DNA of 64,000 nucleotides from a virus. Below are positions 9,001 through 16,700 of this stretch, in pieces (position 1 is the stretch's first letter; each line of letters begins with the position of its first letter). The notes under the pieces are model-generated. The model was given only the letters and a program-made list of their open reading frames with translations. It was not told the DNA's origin and made no database searches. Where the stretch lies: positions 20,236 to 84,235 of IMG/VR virus record IMGVR_UViG_3300021197_001521; one strand, given 5' to 3'. The position numbers and the translations under genes were made by a program.

Positions 9001-11478
9001 CCCGGAAATGAAAGCACAAACCCCGGAGATTACGCAGACAAGTATCTGGACAAAACTCCAAAATACAGCAAGAAAACTGCAACTTGGGACTTTAGAGTTA
9101 AAGAAGGTTTTGATTCTGTTAAGATCAAGTTTGACACAAAAGAGTGGCATGTTCCTAGAATATCTAGCGAGGGTCAACCAACTCCATTTACACCTAGAGT
9201 GTTGGCAATATCTGGATACCTTATTCCTATCCTCGCTGAGTATAACGAGACAACAACCACTAAGGATTATCCAATATTTGAAACTATATGTAGTGGTATA
9301 GATTGGTACTCGCCAGCAAGGACGATAGAGCAACCAGATATATTCAGACCAATTTCTACTAATCATAGAAAGTATTGTCCTCCAAATGTAGAACTTTGCT
9401 CTGGTTTGAATCCTAATCTGGACGTAGAAGATGGTCCTGTGATCGTTGCAGACGAACTAGAACACTTCACAAACTTTGATCAAGGTCTAAACAGGTCTAG
9501 AATTATTCTTGTTACAGACTCTACAATTATTCAGGGTCAGTCTCCACACTTTAGATCTGATCCAAACTCAGAAAATGGTTTGTTTATTAGAAGTCTATAT
9601 CCTTCAAGTCCAGAAAAAGAACTTGGATATGAGGGCGAGCTAGAGATATCACCTAAAGGAAGAAGATTTGAGTTCAAGCAAAAACTTCGCGCGCCAGAAA
9701 AAGGAAGTCCCGCGAAATACTTTGCTGCCAGCGGAATGCAAAACTTGGTAGACAGATTCGGTTACAACGGAAAAGCGGGACAACTTGAAAATTACACAGA
9801 CCAAGAAGATACTTTCGTCTTAGGTGATGTTCTTAGATTAAAGAGTCCTATAAAACCAATAGAGATAGAGCAGGCAATAGAATTCTTTGGAGAAGAAGTC
9901 ATACCTGATTACGGCGTATTCCCAAGATTTAGTGGTATGTACGGAGAAGCGACCGATACATATGATCCTAAGTACATAGACGCCGGAATTAAGGGTGGTA
10001 TTTCTCGCTATCAAGAAGAAAGAGGTCATGATTACTTAGAGTTTGTTGCTATGAACTCTGGTTATCCGGGAGATTTGTTTGGTTGGTCTATAGACATATA
10101 CAAAAACAAACTGGTTGTTGGAGCTCCATTCAATGGATTCAACAGTGGTGATTTGGTTAGTTGGTCCGGTGTTACTGAGGCATACAATGCTTCCAATGTT
10201 GCTTCTGGTTTGAAACTTGGAAAGAATGGTGGTGGGGGTTCAGCATTCTACTATGAAAGAACGGGTCGCGGAACAAATGCTGTTTCTGAGTTCCTTCCTT
10301 GGGAGTTTAAGCAAAAACTTAAACCTAATGATAGTGTAGGCGTTGGTTCAGATTCTAGCGAGAGCGGAAGTTTCCCAGACAGATTTGGATACTCTGTTGC
10401 TATTAATTCTGATTTTATAGCAGTGGGTTCTCCTTGCCATGATTACGAAATGTTACATCATCATATCTACAGCGGAACCTCTTCGTTTATAAGAAAAGAG
10501 TTTACATCTCAGTTTGCAATACCTGATCACAAGATGTACGATTTAGGAGTTTCTGGTATTCGTGTTGATAGATTTAATAATCTTAGTGGTAACATGATTA
10601 TGAACAATGGTGCTGTTTACACCTTTAGGCACAAGACGCAGAACTTTGAAGATAAACCTAAAACGTGGGAGTTCGTAGAAAAGAAAAATGCTCAAGGATA
10701 CCTAGACAGAACATCTGCCGTTGGAGCAACAAGCGGAACAGACGGAGACTTCTTTGGTTATTCTATTGCGCTTGATAAACCCCTAAGAACTGACGGCGAC
10801 TATATTCTAACGGTAGGTTCTCCAGAGCATTTATTCTCAACTAGCGGTAATCATATTACAGCAGCAATTTCCGGCGCGGGTTCTGCATATACGTTTGACG
10901 CAATGTTAAGAGAACAACCTGCTTCTATACCGAATCCGGGTAGTTACATAAAAGCGACAACTTTTGGTTTAGATGGAGAAACAGACTCTAGATCAGAACT
11001 ATCCCAAACAGTATTCCAAAATGTTGTGGGTGAACCGGTATCTTACACATTAAGCGGAATAGTTTACGCCAACCTAAACGGAGATTTGTTCTTGGAGGTT
11101 TCTGGGGTTGATCCTGCTTCTCAAGGTTTTGTTTCCCATAGACCGTTTGTGGAGTCTATAATAGGTGAAGCTTTAGGCGGAACAGAAATTGACGAAGAAA
11201 TGGGACTAAGAACTATAGGTAAAGTTCCTGAGTCCACGGGTGTCTTACCCGTCAGTATTTTAGGGGCAGATTCAGCAATTGTGTATAATAATATGGACTT
11301 GTACCTATTAAGCACAGAAAGCGAGCAGGCAGGCAGCGGCACAAGTCCACTTAATTTGTTTGTGTCAGGTTTAGATATTTATTCTTCTGGAAATCTTGGG
11401 TTGACTACTAGCGGTATAGGTCTTTTGCAAATAGGTTCTGGAACAAACCCATTTAATCTTAGAATTAGAGGTAAGTAA
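1..11478 (+). CDS. Giant putative virion/tail structural protein (5'-partial, >3,800 aa) with a possible LamG-like region, 7 FG-GAP repeats and GIFT/GATase-like inserts
   Basis: Frame 1 is open from base 1 (WTANQVIYPKEDVSSSGF...) into the tracked ORF at 271, so the true start lies upstream of the window. FG-GAP-type motifs include DRFGHAVSISDNSEIISVGSP and GDLFGWSIDIYKNKLVVGAP. Beta-rich S/G/D/N composition. Confidence 0.75.
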   Translation, partial: WTANQVIYPKEDVSSSGFINKSKESTNLYQSIDEGVFVGNSYYSKDYSIVADDSTSYITASSINTEFEANYKFKFTDLLVRPAENRLRIKMSGPLKNYESDLPPKFHFTDVKMEDPSGGLICEYEDFTFIGDSNQYIDDANFVTYSLKPSLNYAERYQWQDNYPNLYVTSGHTLSFNVTSEDMGHPYSKSAYTFGFKGDNDFVASDQEYKDFFSVSGINPSLRITAIELYASGRKIPYKENFMNTYILGQTQGGRVERVIKPTAFLLSDFDTGIRPAASSIWEGSHGRNNSSKLGALELLSNIRGSGYDKYITTHNDASQSGKLILQFGHQRDDTFYEVKPDSFLQNSFSNIFSRWFDEDQGVFNAKDKLTPHQDGFFKVEDIKLRVLAKKNVGAANYVLDVVGYSDDCIIHVTPAMGGFLQNTPSQDVVDYSDDSITTFSPQGTVPTDSGFGNVDDLGLSTEPVSNKDQYFEDNTSNNLGGDHDLISTYPVVSATEFKWYEIPLRIYKDDVELGRIIDYTQSTYLEKLFLDIYPLPSGASIGAIELAVRYRPQSALEMIVEGGDYRKIQDGRTEGSFYPVARQVSTDPIFNAGSGFAPLSRIENIPHAYASPDTIKTNYARRWRGVNGVAGHAFQIDQFSRAFDERRINTPFLMSHVDFSNLEDDAPTSVKFSSEKTFENVHMTLTENGTPTSPDIHQNVGMRFSSGTMFGSLLPSYSGNYKTADWTSLINGSNNFTDHELYGQIFDGYDRVVRFSTKTTLELGENINPSSGVSAFIRFIPDANASGIGYNFYNSSTLFSTQFASIPSRSGLVVGFKDGYLFASGHTTTSNFLIQDTIKYSGYQYPLSVLFTYDENGDNRARLYTDNELYQGDFQNIRASSEPIQMENLSDKFTFGYAGSSVSGMPMLISEVGVTNSGNILNSGAQLQDNQVSITEFFDNIRVKFFNPNESISNDNFKLWSYVDENTYTDWYLGAFKSCEYNFEFDSLNSIKGKKAGRDLINFKFDSDGSAYSTYATKDMPNTVNSGVAYHSQLENDFLRFYLSDASSNFYATHRRVAKSLPRNYDFAEKALVVESIIEHSSSGSMVWDDGNVGPKLIVSLYTKNKEPYYVTDDPNWGLINRHYHYLQPSSCFTRLDSTFTYGDYCDDTEKWALFPEEKKLSELTEKFYSKDIDDMFVQYDIAYPSGSSLRSNLNVHTVHVRAEDAWVKPTADSGSLNLTTSGNIVESVKMDMYMFGVSGSLNDTLGLCMSGVKPVKASGDFILCVSGAKATNDTLGLYTLDYGTINNSDGNVVSSLPPYLDFVVGDHDPGQFGFFLVTSGAPEPVITTLNNLSGTNGSGMGMFIEGLGFTSGILPLSVANDQQASSDSGVLKMSVFADSGVPRIQSQMPIFLLQEQYFAESDSDFGDTSGNFNLSLVGAAINNNTISETANLYLEGQESLQVSGLMNLFLDGPPDPTIQSGILELLIRNNNLRSESNVPGNPLVFWNGENYGTSIDIQDNIYATFSADDEIRGVDLFGFGFCDSDSPDKAFDEALVVDDVVYRDRVCNDGGIFRATATYTNEAAGYQDNYYGIRKLTGLKKGRPYLVNLKITTGNTDPIPVPNDWEEWEYGICDPAFDSMCCTRDCDQALAFSGVKLIGDYPYLSGNSSLIDVSGRQAGDNYGKSMRVKKDLLAVGAPNHNVNDASGYYLEDAGAIFLYRRDQEVAGKKADWQLEEKLLLPLGARRDFVSRKTGTLVNFGNFSIAGQQWEIGQEGRELGFSLDVCQSGEREVVVAGGPGGKWSRTFPTVVTSGVPVFMMLFTDKFTYNRTKLKEIVRTARKYDILYKYFSAPWGTSPDEWHPELDVNLLICQMFTSDNIDDLPSVPNTREPWFNHMYLNDVLDPDINKNEAINTGVSGVISKFKEIFPHRNALHSGVPPIVGIFGDNTFSTNFTNSFKPILDQFVDFYNDYSLASGVYDAVNSNPSKGYVNQIFDDAFNWDQASVEILNKTLDSGNLILTDNLKFITSGVGQEYARDDSVEFQSPPESGGRVYIFEKEYGDWNLIQDIISPEEEALNGSYDTDDFIPGYGDQKPMDRFGHAVSISDNSEIISVGSPYINEACQIYERDDSENTRMYTVVLDWLTETHDPFTKDLQSHIDRYNELLAASGATVARLEVYKDLSKLDKFLLRKNKDIRLYRKVFNYDYTDIKYTGSWGVIPQEFAGTSRLGFSTAIDEEGDVVAFGAPTDSFNEFDDYNVWYGGVRSRTNYPKNNTWASYTNAGAIRVFESRKYFKHNKAVEFFKFGNLDRSVHQDIDNLSLYYNNLGTFFDVDGVSFERTQFEDIEIPTDAGLAFIITPELDAASDEIVDNIKSWLALGDRTLVLVGNDPLYEENGLYEKSNDIINKILKKLGCRMRIVPARNREESLAAGVTNSGVSSLRYNTVPARLPRFLHESHAIRGNIFASGVGDIKIDLSDLGQEDFYIYHPCDPDTFDRCGLPLKHMGDIRAGWESKCDPKIEYETNWGFHFDTPNPAQSCERYPQIPKPLLVVPNNEITPVIAAAEYKPQPPIIIEADSGTEERCTTIRTGTRTETITQGTTTYSFGTETVGEPVFNIQDTASGISGIYNSFNHVKSEYKEGFFFNPDKENTRDGIIQAKGTSFYGEPASSRRKVSDFSIYVAEEIFTDNDSNKLYMIASMLPENGWSMGDLFGDEFDPRNNDQNIAFYNNLVMENCTSRANIYQLGDWTGRSSLENAFSDSVVEKVLKKNGHFVVNNATNIPSVCNVLWIADPLNAPTDDNMKAIKDWLAEGDKKIVVTYGKTQQSADNVAILCDKLGIGTKPFFVEGDDNKYYVQDTDIIRESNLTSCCPVEGDDTSKLQLLDDSNIAISGCETYTWANSYGVNTKVDKLSAIPNGADPINLEVEFDPEGDGFTDYAYIPIKLGPSGTSVVKFRDPIYENFTENPDLFWKIVTKESSIEFPVVQNSGYRLFAEWVSETDEEKYDILACVDDLTVKFSPEPGNESTNPGDYADKYLDKTPKYSKKTATWDFRVKEGFDSVKIKFDTKEWHVPRISSEGQPTPFTPRVLAISGYLIPILAEYNETTTTKDYPIFETICSGIDWYSPARTIEQPDIFRPISTNHRKYCPPNVELCSGLNPNLDVEDGPVIVADELEHFTNFDQGLNRSRIILVTDSTIIQGQSPHFRSDPNSENGLFIRSLYPSSPEKELGYEGELEISPKGRRFEFKQKLRAPEKGSPAKYFAASGMQNLVDRFGYNGKAGQLENYTDQEDTFVLGDVLRLKSPIKPIEIEQAIEFFGEEVIPDYGVFPRFSGMYGEATDTYDPKYIDAGIKGGISRYQEERGHDYLEFVAMNSGYPGDLFGWSIDIYKNKLVVGAPFNGFNSGDLVSWSGVTEAYNASNVASGLKLGKNGGGGSAFYYERTGRGTNAVSEFLPWEFKQKLKPNDSVGVGSDSSESGSFPDRFGYSVAINSDFIAVGSPCHDYEMLHHHIYSGTSSFIRKEFTSQFAIPDHKMYDLGVSGIRVDRFNNLSGNMIMNNGAVYTFRHKTQNFEDKPKTWEFVEKKNAQGYLDRTSAVGATSGTDGDFFGYSIALDKPLRTDGDYILTVGSPEHLFSTSGNHITAAISGAGSAYTFDAMLREQPASIPNPGSYIKATTFGLDGETDSRSELSQTVFQNVVGEPVSYTLSGIVYANLNGDLFLEVSGVDPASQGFVSHRPFVESIIGEALGGTEIDEEMGLRTIGKVPESTGVLPVSILGADSAIVYNNMDLYLLSTESEQAGSGTSPLNLFVSGLDIYSSGNLGLTTSGIGLLQIGSGTNPFNLRIRGK
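11281..11290 (+). promoter_or_regulatory. Candidate phage late-promoter motif GTGTATAATA inside the 3' end of the giant gene
   Basis: Identical 10-mer to the one in the 23087-23138 intergenic gap; ~190 nt upstream of the 11478 ATG; no -35 consensus at 17 bp. Confidence 0.35.
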
Positions 11479-13265
11479 TGCCGATAAAAGTTAAACACAA
11501 GAACGCAGAGTGGTGTACTATTAGACCAACACCATTGATCTCTATGTCTGCCAACGTTTTGAAAACGGGTGGTTCAGAAGCTTTTGGTGTAACATATCAA
11601 ATAACGCTTACTGGTAAGTTATTAGCGAATCAAGGCAGTCCGTATGCTGCGAATATCTTGGGTACTAGAAATGCATATTCTCTTGGCGTAACCCCTAACT
11701 CTGTTGGCCCATACGGCGCGTTTGATAACAACACTAGTCATTTTCACGATGCTGCACAAAATAGACCCACGCCTCAACTGGTTTCTAACGAAGAGGCATT
11801 ATCTGCCATTCTCTTTAAACAAAAGGCAATCAGGGGATTGTTTGAAAAAGATTTCTATGAAGTAGAAATCACAGACTGGAATGATGACTCTGCTACTGCT
11901 GTCAGATTTTTTCCAAGGGTAATTAGTGTAGATTTTGCTGAAGGTATTTATGTAGACACATGCGATTACACAATTGTTCTTGAGGCAGACACTCTTCTTG
12001 ATGCTAACAATAAAGTGGACACAGAAGCTTCTGTAGCAGCATTGCAGGGAGGTGGGATACACAAGACCGAGAAAGAAATACTAGAAGATTTTGATGGCGC
12101 GTTTATAAACTCCTTTAGTGAAGACTGGTCTATTGAGATAGACGAATCACTTGGAGAGACAAAAAACTCAGACTTAAATATCTACATGCCACAGGCATAT
12201 AGAATCACAAGAAATCTATCCTGTACAGGTAAGAGTCACTACGAACCTCAAGAGACAAAAACTTATGAAGCATGGGAGATGGCGCGTAAGTTTGTAACAG
12301 ATAAACTAAAAAAAGAAGAAACTGAGTACGCTACCGACCCTCATAGTTACTATCCTAATGCTGGACATACAGCATTGATGGTTCCCTTGAGAAATCTTGC
12401 CAGCGGAACAATGGACCTGATAGAAAACTACAGAGGGTACAATCACGCAAGAACAGAGCAAGTCGGAAAATCTGAGGGTAATTTTTCTATAACGGAATCT
12501 TGGTTGCTCGCAACCGGCAATACGTATGAGAACTATCAAATGTCTCTTACAAATTCGCTGGACAATCCGTTTATTGATATTTCTATTAATGGTACTATAA
12601 AAGGATTAACGTCTAAGAAACAGAAAGATTATTCAGGTCAACTTCCTTCTGGTCACGTTCTATCTGATGAAGGTAGATTTAAACGAGCAATAGGAAAATA
12701 TTACCAGATTTCTAACAGTGGATTATTTGGAGTTGGTTGCGATGTATATAAAAGAGCAAATAATTCTGTTGCAGTAGAATTAAACTCTCAACCAAAGTCT
12801 GTAACCCTTGGGACTAATGAATTTACTGGCGAAATAACTTACAGTTTATCGTTTGACAATAGACCTACCAATATAATCTCTGGAGTTCTTGCTGAACAAA
12901 TTTCCGTGAACGACACTTATCCCGGAGATGTTATAGCAGTCATACCAGTACTAGGAAGAAAGACAGGACCGGTCTTACAATACATGGGTGGAAGAACAGA
13001 ATACACAAGGGATGTTAGTATAAATTTAGTTATGGATTACACAAAACTCGCTTATGGTAAAACTAGAGATCCTTTGCTTCTAAAAAAACCAAGCATTGTT
13101 AACCCCACAGCAACTCAAATTCAAAACTTGCTTTTGGAACTTAGTCCGTCTAACGAACCGGGAATAAGAAAGTACTTTTTAGCTACCCCTCCATCGGAAA
13201 GTTGGAGTCCAAAGGATGGTAATTACAGTATTAATTTATCTTGGGTTTATGAACTAGATAAGTAG
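11478..13265 (+). CDS. Putative virion structural protein (595 aa)
   Basis: TAATG overlap with the giant gene; beta-strand-rich; structural-arm context. No family recognised. Confidence 0.6.
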   Translation: MPIKVKHKNAEWCTIRPTPLISMSANVLKTGGSEAFGVTYQITLTGKLLANQGSPYAANILGTRNAYSLGVTPNSVGPYGAFDNNTSHFHDAAQNRPTPQLVSNEEALSAILFKQKAIRGLFEKDFYEVEITDWNDDSATAVRFFPRVISVDFAEGIYVDTCDYTIVLEADTLLDANNKVDTEASVAALQGGGIHKTEKEILEDFDGAFINSFSEDWSIEIDESLGETKNSDLNIYMPQAYRITRNLSCTGKSHYEPQETKTYEAWEMARKFVTDKLKKEETEYATDPHSYYPNAGHTALMVPLRNLASGTMDLIENYRGYNHARTEQVGKSEGNFSITESWLLATGNTYENYQMSLTNSLDNPFIDISINGTIKGLTSKKQKDYSGQLPSGHVLSDEGRFKRAIGKYYQISNSGLFGVGCDVYKRANNSVAVELNSQPKSVTLGTNEFTGEITYSLSFDNRPTNIISGVLAEQISVNDTYPGDVIAVIPVLGRKTGPVLQYMGGRTEYTRDVSINLVMDYTKLAYGKTRDPLLLKKPSIVNPTATQIQNLLLELSPSNEPGIRKYFLATPPSESWSPKDGNYSINLSWVYELDK

Positions 13266-13272
13266 GATTATC

Positions 13273-13740
13273 GTGAAAGAATACAAATTAAATTCATCGG
13301 ATGAAAATTACGACATACCAGACAGTGGAGACAAAAAGATAGTTTCTCCCCAGTTGATACCTTCTGGAGAAAGTCTATTTTTTGATACCGCTCAATCTTC
13401 AGGTTATCCTAATTATCCTAGTCCTAGTCCTAGCGGTACTTATGGCGAGTTAATAGTAACGCAGGAAGTAGAAATTAGCGGAGTTGAACAACCTCCGGTT
13501 TTTAATTTTAACGAACTTACAAGTACATTCTCAAAGACAGAATTATTAGAAGACCCAATAACTTTTAATAATCCTTATGTACATTACGTACCTAGAGTTT
13601 ATAAAAATAGTCAAGGAAAAAGAAAGAAGCAGGCTGTTTATATAAATTATTTAGCAGATTATAAGATTACTACAATTGTACCTAACCCTTATGCTGCTGC
13701 AATACAGAGTATTTTAGACAAGATTAATAATCAGGAATAA
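13273..13740 (+). CDS. Hypothetical protein (155 aa, Ser-Gly/Pro-rich N-terminus)
   Basis: GTG start with AGGA upstream; fills the gap between structural genes; five SG dipeptides in the first ~70 aa. Confidence 0.6.
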   Translation: MKEYKLNSSDENYDIPDSGDKKIVSPQLIPSGESLFFDTAQSSGYPNYPSPSPSGTYGELIVTQEVEISGVEQPPVFNFNELTSTFSKTELLEDPITFNNPYVHYVPRVYKNSQGKRKKQAVYINYLADYKITTIVPNPYAAAIQSILDKINNQE

Positions 13741-13743
13741 AAA

Positions 13744-16700
13744 ATGGAAGAACATTACGGCATAGTTCCGCCTACCGGCGTATACGGAAAAGATTGGCCA
13801 TCTGGAATAACGCCTACTTTACCGCAAGGTATTCATGGAGAATTATCCAAAGGCGGTTGGTCTAAGGACAACGAGGGGTTTGTTCAACAAACTTTCCTTG
13901 GTGCTAGTATATCAAACTTTAATATAAGCGCTGGTTTTGGTTCTTCTAGCACTACTCTTAGCGTCTCTCTGGTTAATGATGAACACAATAAGTCAGATGA
14001 AACAGGTTTAGGTCAAGGTGATGATGTATACCATAACGGTAGAGAAGATTCTTTCATACCGCCCGTGGTGGGGTCTCCTGTGTACTTTAAGTTTGGCAAG
14101 AATCACGCAACTCTAGATCAAGCATACAGAAGAACTTATAACCTTGTTTACGGAACCGACAAACCAACTTCTATAACTTTAGAAGAAGAAACAATTAAGG
14201 GACCAATAAATTCAATCCCAGAAAATTATTTCCTTAAAGAAGAAAGACCCATATCGCAAGACGAAGAAGAAGAAACAGTATGGGAAGATCAAACGCCAAT
14301 TAAAGATCCGTCTTATGATTTCAGAGGGTACAACCATTTTGTTTTTGGTGGAATTTTAGCAAACTATACAAAGGACGAAGGTTCTTCTAGAACTTTCTCC
14401 GCTTCCATTGCAGACCCCAGAGAAATACTGTCAAACGTTCAGGTTATATTAAATGATTACCAAGGCACTGTATTTAACAATAAAAATATATTAAATGTAT
14501 ATGGATTTTTAGAGTATGACAGATCTAAAGCATTAGAAAATCAAATGGATGCCAATGCTTTCTCTAAAAATCTAATCACTAGAGATGCGAACGGGTTTTT
14601 GATTGGAGGACTTCCAAACCCATTAACCGGAGAACCTACGGCAGATTGCTATCTTTTCAATCCTTCGCCACTCAGAGAACTTGTTGCTAATGACCCAATA
14701 TTAAGAGAAATAGTAAACACAGATGCGTTGATAAAAAATCCATGTATCACGGGTGACGACTTCTCTATGATACACAACATATTTCCCGTTACCGGTCAGG
14801 GCATGTCAAGGAGGTGTGATCAGGGTATACCTTGGTATAGAGTTTATCAAGCACTTAAATCTATGATGTATTGGACTGGGTATGATCTTGGTTTTGCTCC
14901 ATGTGAATATACATCTGCTGGTTTTGGAGGCGTTGTAGATTTTAGGGGATTCAACTACGTTGTTGACCTGAGCGGTCTACCATTAGATAAAATTCCGCAA
15001 ATGTATTTTTTGGACACAGATCAAACAGATCTTCTTTCATTAATTCAAGATGTTTGTCAGGCAATTAGTCATGATTACGTTGTTTCACTACTACCTGTTC
15101 TAGACTCTCCTAGAACAAGAATGTTGTATCAATACAATAGATCTTGCGTAGAGGAAGAAAGGTTTGGAGATATTGTTACAGGTATAATTCGTGTTGATGC
15201 GATAGACAAAACGGTTCAACCTCAATACGGAACCGTAACCAAGTATATAGAAAATCTAGAGGAAAATGGAGCATTAGTAGAAACTAAAAACATTGGTTTT
15301 GAAACAACAAATGTCACGACTGACAGGTTTATTGCGGGTCATCAAGAAGTTAGCATGTACACGTTCTCTTCTCACAAAGACTCTGAATTTGCTAACTACT
15401 GGGACGATCCAGCTTGTTGGACTTTAAATGATTCTCTTTCTGACCAAATCGTTCCGTTCTATGGGTTTATAGATCAAAATGAGGAGGTTGTGTCAGTACC
15501 TAAAGGTAACGGACCTTGGAAGCAAATAGTTTTAAATGCTCAAGGATTAGATGCCTTTGGGGTTGGTAATTACTATGTAACCACAGAGTTGGAACTTAGA
15601 GCAGCAAAAATTAGTTTTGAAAACTGGTCAAAATTTTTGGCTCATTATTGCTTCAAGTATGGTGAGTTAGTAAAAAAAGGTAGCGCAGATGACTGCATTA
15701 AAAATGTTTTTGATGATCGTAATGTTTATGGAATAACATATGACAAACTATTTGATTATCTCGTACCAGATCACCTCAAGAGCGCCGATGCCAACGACCT
15801 ATTAAAAAGAACGACTTCTGTAATAACTACTCCAAGGTGCGTTTGGCCTTCCGACAGAAACTATATATTTGAATTTTCAGATCCCGCTTCGCCGTGTAGT
15901 CCTCCGTATGGTTATCCTCTTTATTGGTTGAGGGCATTGAATATAGGACTAAATAACGCCGTGGCACTATCGGTTTTAGGAGATTTTGACGCTGCTATTA
16001 AAGCAGTTGCAGAGGCAAATATTACTATAGGAGGGGAACTCGATGCAAAAACAAGTATTGATACAGTTAATTTTGACTTTTTGTTGAAGGGGGGATATCT
16101 TAATGACGGAAAATTGACTAACAATGAGGTATTGAGTTACCTTGTAGACCTTTTTGAAAAACGTTTTGGTAACAGAAATTATCAAAATTTGATAAAAGAC
16201 AAAGACCCCGACACAGGGAGAGCAAAAAAAGGAGCAGGTATTGATGCTGCCTACAGAAGAAAGGTTAATATTGCTATAGATATTGATAATTTTGCAGAGA
16301 AGATTAGAGCGGGTGCTTTAAAGCCAAATGATCAATTTTTGACAGGTGGTAAACTAAAAGTTTTAGATAACCATTTACGATTCTTAAAAGCGAATGGGAA
16401 TATTATAAACAAAATCCAGTGGTTGACAGAAAGGAACGAGCAAAATGCTCTAAAAATATATGAATTTGTAAAAGGTGTGGCAGATAAACATTTAGGTAAA
16501 ACCTACTTAGTGAAAATGCCTAAAAGTTCTAATTTGAATTATTTAGGAAACAAAATAGTAACAGAAACAAATAAAAGATACGAAGGTTTAGGCGGGTTTC
16601 TTGACGATGGACCATATGGATTTCCTCCTATGCCTATAGAGGGTAGACCTTATCCGTTTGCTAATCAGTACCGTAAAACGCCAAAACAAATATATTTAGA

